IMG/VR virus record: IMGVR_UViG_3300034106_003149
Span: 1 to 34,919 of that record
Reading direction: 5' to 3' (one strand)
DNA: 34,919 nucleotides
DNA from: a virus
Taxonomy: Duplodnaviria > Caudoviricetes
Position 1 is the first letter of the stretch, and each line of letters opens with the position of its first letter. Under the pieces are notes generated by a model. That model did no database searches. It was not told the origin of the DNA and saw nothing but the letters and a program-made list of their open reading frames with translations. Positions 8,468 through 18,268 of this stretch are shown in pieces. A program made the translations under genes and the position numbers.

Positions 8468-9147
8468 AGATTTATTGTCATCTGATCGTTTTTGTAATGC
8501 CCATAGGCGAAGCCTTGGCTCCAGGCCAATGTCGCTCGGCGCGTTGCCGCGTATTCCATGTCGAAACGCGCCAGCATCCCAACGCAATATCCACTCACAC
8601 CGTCAAGCGTGCGCGCCCGCTCCTGCCCTACTCGATGAAGGTGGCCAATGACGCAGCGGCCATACGCTTCGGCGTGGTCGCGGATCGCCTGAACATTGAA
8701 CATGTAGCCATGCAAAAATTTGGTTCCTCCAAGCTCGACATAACTGCGAATATGGTAGGGATAGAGTCGCGCCTTGAGCTTCCGCGCCGTCTTTTCGATC
8801 TCGTCAATGACAAGCGTGGCGGCGTGCGATGCAAGCGCATTCGGCCCGCCAGCGAGCTTGAAAAGGCGGGCTTCGTGATTTCCATAAAGGATAAAGTTTG
8901 GCTTTAACTCTTGCAGAAAATCCACGCCGGCCGCCAAGTCCTCTGCCACACTCGCCGCTCTATCTTTCGCGTTGGGATCGTTCATCGCGCCGGTTCGGCA
9001 GGCTGCGGCATCGATGAAATCCCCAAGGTGCAAAATGGTATCAGGCTTGAATCGGTCGCGGAATGTCAGAACGGCCTCACGGGCCTCATTGTCGATGCAG
9101 TCGCCGTGCGAGCAAGATACTGCCATCCACTTCTTCCATCCCCTCAC
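8425..9147 (-). CDS. calcineurin-like metallophosphoesterase
   Basis: Motifs (C)SHG, HLGDFID, YGNHE, FLHG, GHLH. Confidence 0.85.
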   Translation of the reverse strand: MRGWKKWMAVSCSHGDCIDNEAREAVLTFRDRFKPDTILHLGDFIDAAACRTGAMNDPNAKDRAASVAEDLAAGVDFLQELKPNFILYGNHEARLFKLAGGPNALASHAATLVIDEIEKTARKLKARLYPYHIRSYVELGGTKFLHGYMFNVQAIRDHAEAYGRCVIGHLHRVGQERARTLDGVSGYCVGMLARFDMEYAATRRATLAWSQGFAYGHYKNDQMTINLCERTRENPWILPL

Positions 9148-9383
9148 GCCTCTTCCTCCTCCTCGTCCTCTTCATCCTCGTCCTCGCAAGGCCACAAGAT
9201 TTCATCGGCATCCCTTGCAAGCGTGCGCGTGGCGTAGTCATTGCCCCACTTGGTTTCCATGTGGAAAGTCTCTCCTTGTGATTCCCAAGAGACGATGACA
9301 AGGCCGCAATCAAAATTCTCGGCAAGGATTTTTCTCACATCCTCCAAGACATCTTTGCGGTCTTTTGGTGCTGATTTAGCCAT
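9144..9383 (-). CDS. hypothetical protein with acidic tail
   Basis: ATG at 9383 (MAKSAPKD...); poly-D/E C-terminus. Confidence 0.6.
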   Translation of the reverse strand: MAKSAPKDRKDVLEDVRKILAENFDCGLVIVSWESQGETFHMETKWGNDYATRTLARDADEILWPCEDEDEEDEEEEEA

Positions 9384-9807
9384 TCCAGTTCCTGTGCGGG
9401 CCATTATCAATATGAACGAAGCCGGGATAGCGGCCAACGCCGCCATCGAAAATCTTGGCTTCACGCACGGCAATGGCGGCGCGATGTAGATCAGGGATCG
9501 CTATGCGGGCCGTCAAATCGAGTGCGCGGAATTGGGTGTGGAACGAACCCTTCGCGCCACCAATGGCGCGGTTGTAGTTTTCATTCCTATATGCCGAAAG
9601 GATTTTCAACGGCACGCCCACTCTGGCGCGAATCTCGTCAGCGGCTCGCAGCGCGGGAATGATATTCGGCCACAGTGATTCTTCGGGGATCGCGTTGCAT
9701 CGCAAATAGGCGTTCATCGCGCCGAGATACAGAACTTCTCTCGCCGAAAAATATACGATCTTGTTTCGGTCGAGAAATTTCTGGAAGCGCAGATGTTGCG
9801 CGGTCAT
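9376..9807 (-). CDS. endolysin, peptidase M15 family
   Basis: Start re-called at ATG 9807; SAYR..YN..IGGA..SFH....A.D...G.GRYPGFVHID zinc peptidase motifs. Confidence 0.85.
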   Translation of the reverse strand: MTAQHLRFQKFLDRNKIVYFSAREVLYLGAMNAYLRCNAIPEESLWPNIIPALRAADEIRARVGVPLKILSAYRNENYNRAIGGAKGSFHTQFRALDLTARIAIPDLHRAAIAVREAKIFDGGVGRYPGFVHIDNGPHRNWNG

Positions 9808-9962
9808 TTTGTTGATCGTGGTTTCGGCAGTTCGTAGCTGAATGTCCCATAGTCTGTCGAGACTCCGAATCGCAGCGTCTCGCAGCCACACAGAGCCAAC
9901 AGGCAAGCCGTCATCAGGAAGGCAATGGCAAGCACCGTGGCCAAGTTGCTTGGCGGGATCAT
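9804..9962 (-). CDS. small lipoprotein, spanin-like (not in ORF track)
   Basis: Hand translation MIPPSNLATVLAIAFLMTACLLALCGCETLRFGVSTDYGTFSYELPKPRSTK; hydrophobic signal and LCGC lipobox; ATGA overlaps at both ends. Confidence 0.65.
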   Translation of the reverse strand: MIPPSNLATVLAIAFLMTACLLALCGCETLRFGVSTDYGTFSYELPKPRSTK

Positions 9963-10141
9963 TTCTTTTTGCCGCTGTTGCGCAGGAGATTGATTATTCC
10001 CACTGCGCCGATTGCAGTCGCCACGATCTGGTTGGCGAGTTGCGGCTCAAGGACGATCCCAAAGCTGCCTGCGATTAAGATTATCCCGCGCCAGGTTGAG
10101 CTTTGCCCGAGATAGTTAAGTGCTGTATCAATCAATTTCAT
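9959..10141 (-). CDS. putative holin
   Basis: 60 aa, two TM segments, basic C-terminus, 'STWRGII'; upstream of the endolysin. Confidence 0.7.
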   Translation of the reverse strand: MKLIDTALNYLGQSSTWRGIILIAGSFGIVLEPQLANQIVATAIGAVGIINLLRNSGKKK

Positions 10142-10319
10142 TCTTTTGGCCTTTCAGTTTTCGCGACATGTAAACCGCCGTGCAAATGGCAGCGGCTAAC
10201 CCAAAGCAAGCGGTCGCGAATTGAACGCCTGCTGTGAGATGGGGAAGAAGGGAGATGAAAAGCGAGACGCCGGATGCCGTTGTTCCTGCGGTGGCGATTA
10301 GGAAAGGGTGTTCATTCAT
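10128..10319 (-). CDS. two-TM membrane protein (holin/antiholin-like)
   Basis: 63 aa, two hydrophobic helices and a charged tail; in the lysis cluster. Confidence 0.55.
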   Translation of the reverse strand: MNEHPFLIATAGTTASGVSLFISLLPHLTAGVQFATACFGLAAAICTAVYMSRKLKGQKNEID

Positions 10320-10546
10320 GGTTCAACAATTTCAATCCACGGCGGGAGTGGCGTTCCTTCCGGCAGCATCGCACTCCACTCCCAATAGGTTGGTTCGTCA
10401 ACATCGTCGGGTGTCGGCACTAGCGTCACACCCCACTCCATAGGGCGGGTTTGATCGGTGGCGGTTTGATCCCAACAAAACCACGGCAGATCATTGTCGT
10501 GAAGCTCGGTCGCTCGATAGCGTGTCATTGGCGGGTGTTGCGTCAT
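10316..10546 (-). CDS. small fibre-associated protein
   Basis: 76 aa, acidic and Trp/Pro-rich, directly after the fibre gene. Confidence 0.5.
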   Translation of the reverse strand: MTQHPPMTRYRATELHDNDLPWFCWDQTATDQTRPMEWGVTLVPTPDDVDEPTYWEWSAMLPEGTPLPPWIEIVEP

Positions 10547-11337
10547 GGTAGTCCGAGTCCTTGGCCTAGAGTGGATTTGTAGAGATCACGGAACGCTGTG
10601 TTTTGAGCTGATGTTAGCGACTGACCTACAAGGGCGGCGGTAAATGCAATGTCGCCTTTCCAAAGATTGCTAGAGGAGGTTGCGCTCTGTGTCCCAATTC
10701 CAAAATCCCCTGATCCTGTGGCATTGTTTGAAGTTCCAATAAGCGTTGCGTTCGTTGTATTTTGCCAGAGGTTTCCGGTAAACGCTGGTTTGTTCAAAGA
10801 CATGGCCGCAGTCGCCCATGTGTCGTTTGCAACTCCCGAAATGCTTGCAAATTCAGCGCCAGCGGAAAAGGGCAAATAATCTGAATACAAGAAAATTTGA
10901 TTTTCAAAAAGCAGCCGAACGCCTGTTATTGCCATATTCCTATGCCCAAGCAAAGAGCGCACTTCATTCCCCTGCGCGGTTCGTTTGAATACAGTAAATG
11001 CAGAGAACAGTCCCGCGGTGCCATCAATTGAAAGCGCGGTAGAAATCCTATCATCGGTTCCATCAAAAGTAATGCCATTCGCGCCCCAAGTCGGCCCATT
11101 CACCAGCGTCCCGTTGTAGGTTCCAAGCCCGCCGAGCGAGTAAGCTGTTGATCCCGTGCCTGCGTTCTGCGCGGAACGAAGCGGCCAGCAAACCATATCG
11201 TCCCAAAGGCCGAGCCGCTTGATGCCCTTGACGAAATAATTGATCGCCGCACGATCAGCGGCCCCGCTGGTATTTACGAAGTTGCGGGCATCAGGGTCAA
11301 AAGAAGACGCTATGAATGGGAATCCAGCAATCATCAC
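10543..11337 (-). CDS. LamG/concanavalin A-like tail fibre or receptor-binding protein
   Basis: 'NGTLVNGPTWGANGITFDGTDD' LamG signature; start near 11337/11334. Confidence 0.75.
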   Translation of the reverse strand: MMIAGFPFIASSFDPDARNFVNTSGAADRAAINYFVKGIKRLGLWDDMVCWPLRSAQNAGTGSTAYSLGGLGTYNGTLVNGPTWGANGITFDGTDDRISTALSIDGTAGLFSAFTVFKRTAQGNEVRSLLGHRNMAITGVRLLFENQIFLYSDYLPFSAGAEFASISGVANDTWATAAMSLNKPAFTGNLWQNTTNATLIGTSNNATGSGDFGIGTQSATSSSNLWKGDIAFTAALVGQSLTSAQNTAFRDLYKSTLGQGLGLP

Positions 11338-12992
11338 ACAATGTCGCCACCCAGCACCCACTCGTTTGTTCCGAGTTTCACAAGTGTTGCGATGCTATAT
11401 CGGCTGGCAATTTCATCAGCGGAACCCGGCGCATTGATCGTCACTCCTGATCCAGCAGTGATCGCCACGGCACTAACCGCCGAGCGATAGAGAAGCACTT
11501 GCGAGCCTGTCGGGAATGCTGCCGTGGAGAATGGTGGCACGGTGATTGTCATTCCCGTGGTGGCGTTAATCAGCCCGTAGGCATCGGATTGCGCGAGCGT
11601 GTAGCTTGTCGTTGCCACCGTATTGATCGGCAGATTAAACTGCGGCACCGGCGAAAACGAATCCGCATCAATCAACTCTTCCGCCACCGAGCAAACCTGC
11701 AAAATCACCGTCTGGCGAGTGCCGCTCTCTGTCAGCTCAAGCTCAAGATCGAGATCAACAGCGGCACTGTTGCCGAGAAGATCGCGCAAGGCAAATGTGC
11801 TGAAATTGACATCGGCTGTTTTGCCGGGTTTGGCGGTGAGGTTGTGGGAGATGGTGAGCGGAGTAATTACCGAACCCTTACTTTCAAAAACGCTTCCAGC
11901 ATATCCTTTGGCTCCGCTGAATGTGATATCGAAATACTCGCCGGGAATGCCTGTAACAATCACGCCACCTGCGCCGATTGAATCGAGGGCTTGCAGTGCC
12001 GCTTGCACATCTGCCGCGCTGGCGGTGGCGGAAATAGGAGCGGTTTGCCGCGTAATGCTTTCGGTTCTGACATCATTTAATTGTCCAGAAGTTACAGACG
12101 ATGTGATTATCGATCCGCCTGCGGTAATTGCAAGTGTAAAGCTGGTCGGCTGCGGGATTGTTCGAACAAAATAAATCCCTCCATCTACAAGCCCCGTGAC
12201 TGTTGTGGTTAAATCAACTTTGATTGGTTGATTTAATGTTAGTCCATGATTTTCTTGATTTACAAAAACACCGTCGCTCAAGCTGACTAAATTACCATCC
12301 TGCTGCATTTGCACACCACCAAGGGTCAACCGATAAGTCCCCGAAAACGGATCGCGTGTGAATGTGAGCCGTTGCACTTCATTGGTGCTATCATTCCCCG
12401 TCACCGTCGTCGCAATCGTGGCGGTAACGGTTGTGCCAAGATTCGTCCACGAATCCTGATAGACGGCAGGCGTAAGGCGAAGTTGAATCTCCTGGATTTC
12501 TTTGACGCTTGCCGAGCCAGCGATGCGCTCGTCGATAACCGCAACCGTATCGGGGATCAGTTGCGAGACATTGGCGGTGATCGATCCTTGCGTGCCTGCT
12601 GTCGTGAAGCGCACGGTGAAATGATCTGAAAGCTCACCTGTCACGGAGACTCCACCTGCGCTGGAGATCGCCGAGAGCGCGTTGAGCGCCGTCTGGATCG
12701 CACCTGCCGTGGCAGCGGCATCGATGGCGCTGGTGGTATCGCCGCCGAATGTGAGCGTATAGGTTCCTGTCTCGGGCACGCCGAGCCGTGAGCCGATGCC
12801 CATCTTCACGCTTGCGCTAGATTTATCGACAACTTCAAAAGGCCGGTTGATGACGCCCGTGGCTTCAAGAAAATAGAGATTGAAGGCCCCGTTGTCGCCC
12901 TTGGTGAAGGTAGCCAGCCCCACGGGGGCCGAGTTTGTTTCGCTGGCGACAAGTCGCCTGTTGGTTAAATCGATGAAAAGGTCGCGTGCCAT
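11334..12992 (-). CDS. tail/baseplate structural protein
   Basis: 552 aa Thr/Gly-rich with internal repeat (TSAIDAAATAGAIQTALNALSAI / TAPISATASAADVQAALQALDSI); C-terminal 'TNEWVLGGD' fibre-type motif. Confidence 0.7.
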   Translation of the reverse strand: MARDLFIDLTNRRLVASETNSAPVGLATFTKGDNGAFNLYFLEATGVINRPFEVVDKSSASVKMGIGSRLGVPETGTYTLTFGGDTTSAIDAAATAGAIQTALNALSAISSAGGVSVTGELSDHFTVRFTTAGTQGSITANVSQLIPDTVAVIDERIAGSASVKEIQEIQLRLTPAVYQDSWTNLGTTVTATIATTVTGNDSTNEVQRLTFTRDPFSGTYRLTLGGVQMQQDGNLVSLSDGVFVNQENHGLTLNQPIKVDLTTTVTGLVDGGIYFVRTIPQPTSFTLAITAGGSIITSSVTSGQLNDVRTESITRQTAPISATASAADVQAALQALDSIGAGGVIVTGIPGEYFDITFSGAKGYAGSVFESKGSVITPLTISHNLTAKPGKTADVNFSTFALRDLLGNSAAVDLDLELELTESGTRQTVILQVCSVAEELIDADSFSPVPQFNLPINTVATTSYTLAQSDAYGLINATTGMTITVPPFSTAAFPTGSQVLLYRSAVSAVAITAGSGVTINAPGSADEIASRYSIATLVKLGTNEWVLGGDIV

Positions 12993-13012
12993 GGTCTGAA
13001 TTGGTTAGGATG

Positions 13013-13234
13013 TCAAATGTAATTGCGGGCCGAATCACAGCACCCGCTCACGCGGGGGGCGGAACTTGGGTGGCTGCGTTCGGCCTTGGCGAAGAGTTCT
13101 TTTGCGTAGGCTTCGTTGTTTTGGCCCTTTTCGATGCAAAGTTTGCAAGTGCCGTGGCTGGGTTTGCCGCCGTATAGATTAAGAGCGCAAACATTGTATT
13201 CTCGGGTGCTGGTTGTAATATGTTGACATGTCAT
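13013..13234 (-). CDS. small Cys-rich tail-region protein
   Basis: 73 aa with CQH, CAL, CKLC and GCC. Confidence 0.6.
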   Translation of the reverse strand: MTCQHITTSTREYNVCALNLYGGKPSHGTCKLCIEKGQNNEAYAKELFAKAERSHPSSAPRVSGCCDSARNYI

Positions 13235-13932
13235 GCGAAAGAAATGCTTCCGTTTTCTGCTGTATAATTTCCAGAAGGAGTATTGGAATGTGGTGTTTTT
13301 TCAGCAATAATTGGATCAGTTAATCCCCCTACATCCCTACTATAAAAAGAATAAAATTTAAATGTATCATTGCATACATCTGATGGAATTGGGCCAACGC
13401 TAGGGCAGTAAAAGATAGATACAGTTTGAGTTCCAGCAAATGGCGTATTATATTGCCCTTCCCAGTAACATAAAGAAGTTCTTGTTAATATGGTTCCAAT
13501 TGCACTTGGTTCTGAACATGATGTTACCGTATAAGTATCCGCGAATTGGTCTTCGATATAAGCATTTCCCGCTAAATTAGGATCAAAGATCAAGCAAGCA
13601 TTGGGTGATCTGTCTTGAGGCTCAAGCCAGCCGTCTTCCGGAGACAATGTTTGAAATTCCCATGCGTTATCATCGTTGATAATAATCCGACTTTGTTCTC
13701 CTTCGCATGTTCCGGAATAATACGGCGATGACCCGTTTGTTTTTGTCACTAAACATGAATATGGCGTTCCTGCACTTCCAATAACAACAAGAGTATCTGG
13801 CAAATCATCAACAGTATAAAGCCCATCAAGCAACGCTTGCGCAGAATACATGCAGCACCCACCCTCGCAACAAGTGCAACTCACCTTCCCGTCCTTCGTG
13901 ATCACCTTCCCGTCTTGAGTCTTGATCGTCAT
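13231..13932 (-). CDS. Cys-rich tail-region protein
   Basis: 233 aa; N-terminus KVITKDGKVSCTCCEGGCC. Confidence 0.65.
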   Translation of the reverse strand: MTIKTQDGKVITKDGKVSCTCCEGGCCMYSAQALLDGLYTVDDLPDTLVVIGSAGTPYSCLVTKTNGSSPYYSGTCEGEQSRIIINDDNAWEFQTLSPEDGWLEPQDRSPNACLIFDPNLAGNAYIEDQFADTYTVTSCSEPSAIGTILTRTSLCYWEGQYNTPFAGTQTVSIFYCPSVGPIPSDVCNDTFKFYSFYSRDVGGLTDPIIAEKTPHSNTPSGNYTAENGSISFA

Positions 13933-14198
13933 TAGCAGCCTTCAGTTTCGATCCATTGCACCACGCCATCCTTGGCCCCAAGCACCCAAGTCCCGCTTGC
14001 TGGTGGCTTTAGCCTGCGCTGGCGATAGCCGCCTTCACCGCTGAATTCTTCAACTACATTGCCGGGAATATCAAGTGCCGCATAGACAAAGTTTTTCATT
14101 AAGTCTTGCGCCTTGATTGCATAAGGGTAATCACCATTGGTTCCGCCTTTCGGCAGGCGAACTTTTTCCTCGAAGTTTATTGGGTGGCGGGTTGGCAT
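13932..14198 (-). CDS. tail-region protein
   Basis: 88 aa; C-terminal 'GTWVLGAKDGVVQWIETEGC'. Confidence 0.6.
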   Translation of the reverse strand: MPTRHPINFEEKVRLPKGGTNGDYPYAIKAQDLMKNFVYAALDIPGNVVEEFSGEGGYRQRRLKPPASGTWVLGAKDGVVQWIETEGC

Positions 14199-14202
14199 TT
14201 AA

Positions 14203-14895
14203 TTAGCCTTGAAATGATGTTAAACGAACAGTAGCGCTTGCGCGCAACTTATAAACCACTTCCTTCCATATTCCAAATACAGTGCCCGGCGAATCTTCAA
14301 TGATATTTTCAATCGTTACTGAAGTTCTGTCTGTTATAGAACCAAATGTTGGGCTTGGGCTTCTATTATCACCAGGAACATATACGCTTTCAATGGGAAC
14401 TAGCTGCGAGCCTTGTCGCACATAAACGCGCAATGGAATATCTCGCGGTAAATTATTTATTGGCTCGTTAGTGTTTGGAGCTACAAAGCTAACAATTGCA
14501 ATTTCATTCACACAGGGTCTTTGGAATATGTTAGTTTGTGAAGCAGGCGGCAACAGACTACTTGCGATTATTGTAAAAGTCCCTTCCTCAAAAAACGACT
14601 GCACCGTTCCCGTAGTATTCACCCGCCCATAAGCGCTAACGCTAAAGCGAACAAATCCATCATCCCCCCGTTCTTCTTGCGGCTCTGGGAAAATGCTCAT
14701 CTGATCAATCGATGGCGTCCCATCATCAAATGGCAAAGGACTCCCAACCGCAAACTGCTGGCGGAATCGCCCCGCATCAGCAGCACGGCAGGCATAAGTG
14801 CGATCCACACGCACAAGGCCAGAAGGGAAGGTTTGCACCGTGCGCCCTGGCAGGGCGATCAAGTCACGGGTTCCGTGGTATGTATAATTGCTCAT
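14203..14895 (-). CDS. tail tip protein
   Basis: 230 aa beta-rich ORF directly downstream of the tape measure gene. Confidence 0.6.
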   Translation of the reverse strand: MSNYTYHGTRDLIALPGRTVQTFPSGLVRVDRTYACRAADAGRFRQQFAVGSPLPFDDGTPSIDQMSIFPEPQEERGDDGFVRFSVSAYGRVNTTGTVQSFFEEGTFTIIASSLLPPASQTNIFQRPCVNEIAIVSFVAPNTNEPINNLPRDIPLRVYVRQGSQLVPIESVYVPGDNRSPSPTFGSITDRTSVTIENIIEDSPGTVFGIWKEVVYKLRASATVRLTSFQG

Positions 14896-14899
14896 ATTT

Positions 14900-17455
14900 T
14901 TATGCCAAGGCTCGCATTGGCAGGCGATCCCGAATGGCTGTAATCATGTCAGTCCATCCGTTGAGTATTGCAGTTATCGATGTTACATCGGCGCTTGCAT
15001 CGCCGCCAGCGCCGCCAGCGCCGCCAGCGCCACCAGCGCCACCAGATCCTCCTGAGCCGCCCTCTCCGCCCTGGCCTCCTGTAAATTCATTCGTGATTTC
15101 GGCTTGCATTTGAGACACGGCATCGTTTAGCGCGGCCTGATCGACCTCGGCAACGATTTCGGGACGTTGGCCTTCAATATAATCAGTCACATCGTCAACC
15201 TTTTTTTTCGATGCCGATTCATCAATGACTTCTTGTTTTGCATTGGGAATTTGAGATTTAATATAATCCACGATGGCATTGATTTGCTCTGAGCCTGTCA
15301 TGCCCATTGTATTAATGCCGAGTTTTTTCGCAATATCTGGAAATGACATTCTGCTTAAATCTTGACCTATGTAATCCCCAAAGGCCTCGATTTCATCGCG
15401 GGCATCTTTTGTTTTTTGAGACAAAGATTTTACGACATTTGGCGTATCTTTATCTTTGAGCAAATCTACAAAAGAATTGGCAGCTTTTAGATTTTCAGAT
15501 GTATCCTCGGTTTCAGATTCTACATCAGCAGCAGCAATGCGGCTCGCTACAAGTTGCTCGGCAAGTTTGCGGGCTTCCTCTTCGCTTGTGCCTGTCTTAT
15601 CAATAATGTCTTGAATAATGCTTGGAATTTCTGCTTCAATATCTTTTGCTTTTTGCGCTGCCTCGACTTGTTTTTGTTTTTCTTGCAGTCGCTTAACTTC
15701 TTCTGCATTCCCATTGGCGATGGCATTATTTAATGCAATCTCATTTTCAATTTGCTCAAAAGCTTTTTCAGCAGCTTTGCCCTTGGCATCTGCTGATGCA
15801 ATTTCTGCCGCAAGTTTCTTTTGCTCTTCCTCTAATAATTTTTGCACTGAATTTGTGGCAGCGTCAATGGCAGGAGCATGCTTTGCCGCTGCCACCGCAA
15901 CCTCTTCCTGCTTGGCGGCAAGTGCGGCGGCTTGTTCTTGAAGGCCGGGGAACAGACTTCCGGCAGAGGTCAGATTTTCTTTGAACTTTTCTGGCGCATT
16001 ACCAAGAACTGTTCCAATATCTTCAGCCGCGAGTTCTGCTGCAATTGGGATTCTTTGCAATGCTAACTCGGCGGCGGTGGCGCCCGCCTCTGCATGTTGT
16101 TTTAAGCTCTCTGAAATACTTGCAAACGCTGGCCCCATGCTAGCAAACATTTCAGACAATGCGCCAGCAACTTTTTCTTTTATGTATGAAGCTATAAAAT
16201 CAAATGCCGACTTGATAACCATCATGGCAGGCCCGTCGCCGCGAAACACTTCTCCAAGAACTTGACCAACTGTAGTAAATGCTGCGGAAAGATTATTGTA
16301 AATCGCATCTGCCGTTTGCATCGCTTGCAATTTCACGGATTCCCACAAAAGCGAAAGCGCCTCCTCAATGTTTCCTGTCTTGAAGGCATCTACTGCTGCT
16401 TGAAATCCATTCATGGCCGAAATGCCACCCGTGAACATATCAGCAAATTTCTGCCCGATGGCGGCAGCATCAATCCGTGAAAGGGCTTCTGTCACGGCAT
16501 CAAGGGCGGGTGATACTTTATCAAGAACACCCGCTGCAAACTCCATGAATTTGCCGCCGATGATGTCCACCTTGTCGCTAACGGCATCAAATGTCGCCGC
16601 ATTGCGATTCATTACATCCACCATTCCGCCAAGCTGATCCTGCGCGGTTCCAAGTTCGCCGCTGAAATTTGTAAGCAGGGGAAGCAGCTCGCCGCCAGCG
16701 CGGCCAAAAACTTCCATTGCAAGAGCCGCACGCTTTCCTGGGTCTTCGATGTCGGAAATCTTTTGCGCGAAAGTTTGCATCTGCTCGGTTGGCGTTTTGC
16801 CTGCCAACTCTTCAAGCGTGAGCCCTAAGCGGCCCATCACCTCGATCTGAGGGGCCGCACCGGTTCCTGCATCTTCAATGAATTTTTGCAGCTTGTTGAT
16901 CGACTGCCCAACCTTATCGGCTCCGGCGCCGCTATTGTCGAAGGCGCGTTCCAATAAAAGCAAATTGCCTGCTGTCTCACCAGTGCGCTCTGAGAGATCG
17001 GAGAGCCTGCCACCAAGATCAAGGGCCGCGCCAAATTCGTCAATGCTACCTTTAACGGCATTGAATGCTGCGCCAATTGCTGCTGTGGCAATGTTTACAG
17101 CAGCCTGCCCAACGGCAACTGCCGATGCCATTTTTAAGAACCCGCCTTCTGATTTATCACCGACATCCTTCGCCTCGTTCCCGGTCTTCTTCATCTCATT
17201 GCCAATGGCATCGACTTTGGGCGTTGCTGATGTTGCAGCATTCCCTGCTGCATCAATGCCTGTTGCCATGCCCTGCAATTGCTCTTGTAATTTTTCAGCC
17301 TGCGCCACTTTGCGCATCGTCTGCTGAAGCTCATCAAAGGAAAGCGTGCCGCTCTTTACCTCTTCTTCCAAAGAAGTAAGCTGCGCCTGCACAGTCTTAA
17401 GCGTCTGCTCTAAACCTGTGTCCTTCGCTCCAAATTCTACGCTAACATCGGCCAT
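14900..17455 (-). CDS. tail tape measure protein
   Basis: 851 aa, Ala-rich and helical; 'LSDLSERTG', 'AMEVFGRAGGELLPLL'; longest gene in the tail module. Confidence 0.9.
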   Translation of the reverse strand: MADVSVEFGAKDTGLEQTLKTVQAQLTSLEEEVKSGTLSFDELQQTMRKVAQAEKLQEQLQGMATGIDAAGNAATSATPKVDAIGNEMKKTGNEAKDVGDKSEGGFLKMASAVAVGQAAVNIATAAIGAAFNAVKGSIDEFGAALDLGGRLSDLSERTGETAGNLLLLERAFDNSGAGADKVGQSINKLQKFIEDAGTGAAPQIEVMGRLGLTLEELAGKTPTEQMQTFAQKISDIEDPGKRAALAMEVFGRAGGELLPLLTNFSGELGTAQDQLGGMVDVMNRNAATFDAVSDKVDIIGGKFMEFAAGVLDKVSPALDAVTEALSRIDAAAIGQKFADMFTGGISAMNGFQAAVDAFKTGNIEEALSLLWESVKLQAMQTADAIYNNLSAAFTTVGQVLGEVFRGDGPAMMVIKSAFDFIASYIKEKVAGALSEMFASMGPAFASISESLKQHAEAGATAAELALQRIPIAAELAAEDIGTVLGNAPEKFKENLTSAGSLFPGLQEQAAALAAKQEEVAVAAAKHAPAIDAATNSVQKLLEEEQKKLAAEIASADAKGKAAEKAFEQIENEIALNNAIANGNAEEVKRLQEKQKQVEAAQKAKDIEAEIPSIIQDIIDKTGTSEEEARKLAEQLVASRIAAADVESETEDTSENLKAANSFVDLLKDKDTPNVVKSLSQKTKDARDEIEAFGDYIGQDLSRMSFPDIAKKLGINTMGMTGSEQINAIVDYIKSQIPNAKQEVIDESASKKKVDDVTDYIEGQRPEIVAEVDQAALNDAVSQMQAEITNEFTGGQGGEGGSGGSGGAGGAGGAGGAGGDASADVTSITAILNGWTDMITAIRDRLPMRALA
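15001..15077. repeat. 9-bp tandem repeat encoding a Gly-rich tract in the tape measure C-terminus
   Basis: (CGCCGCCAG/CGCCACCAG)n encoding GGSGGAGGAGGAGGAGG. Confidence 0.8.
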
Positions 17456-17470
17456 ATAGAGATGCTTTCG

Positions 17471-18268
17471 TCAATCCGCTACTTCGTCGGCTTTTTTGCG
17501 TTTCTTTAGAATCTGCGTCATCTGAGTTTTCATTTTAGAAATAACGACAGATACCGCTCCTGCCCGCTCGGTTGCAGGGCAAATGCGATCAATCCACGGC
17601 GTTGAGTTGGTAAGCGTGACGGTTGGGTTCGTGATATTGCTTGTATTATTTTGCGCAGAGCCGCTGCCGCGACTCATGTTGTCTTTTACAAACTGCGGGA
17701 AGTCGTAGCTGCTGCGCTTGTTTGCCACGGTGGAAGGCAAGCCCTCGGCTGCCACAGCCCAGCCCGCCTTGGAAAGCCCAACTCGCTTGGCAACCTCCTC
17801 GATATAGCTACCAATATCGCTGGCGGCAATATAGAGCGCGTCAGTCTTGCCGCGCGTGCGTCCTGTGCGTGGATCGCGATTGGCGCGGTGCGGGCCTTTA
17901 AAGTCGGTAACAAATTGCATGTCGCCATATTTGTTTAAGAACCCGATATTGCGAAAGACAGTCTCCAGAACATCAAAGCGCCGGGCATTCCAGAGTTGCT
18001 TGAGCCGAGCGGCAATGCGGCCATCGTTTACCTTGTCGATCATCTCTTCGAGCTTGGAATCGCCCTTGATCACTTTGCCAATATCGTTGCGAACCCGCTG
18101 CATTCCTGCATCTGGCTTCGTGCCGAATGGCTGCGTGCGCCGAGCAAGTTCTTTTGCCAAGAGTCGCCCGTTGATCAGCACCGCCTTAGGCACTTCGACT
18201 TCACGAATCTTGGCGTATTCCTTCAGAATCTCTTCGAGCTTGTGGGCTTCAAATTTGAACTTTGGCAA
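17471..18268 (-). CDS. neck/tail-completion protein (HK97 gp10-like)
   Basis: Start re-called at TTG 18268 with GGAGG 6 nt upstream; basic protein with 'VGLSKAGW', 'LTNSTPW'. Confidence 0.6.
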   Translation of the reverse strand: MPKFKFEAHKLEEILKEYAKIREVEVPKAVLINGRLLAKELARRTQPFGTKPDAGMQRVRNDIGKVIKGDSKLEEMIDKVNDGRIAARLKQLWNARRFDVLETVFRNIGFLNKYGDMQFVTDFKGPHRANRDPRTGRTRGKTDALYIAASDIGSYIEEVAKRVGLSKAGWAVAAEGLPSTVANKRSSYDFPQFVKDNMSRGSGSAQNNTSNITNPTVTLTNSTPWIDRICPATERAGAVSVVISKMKTQMTQILKKRKKADEVAD

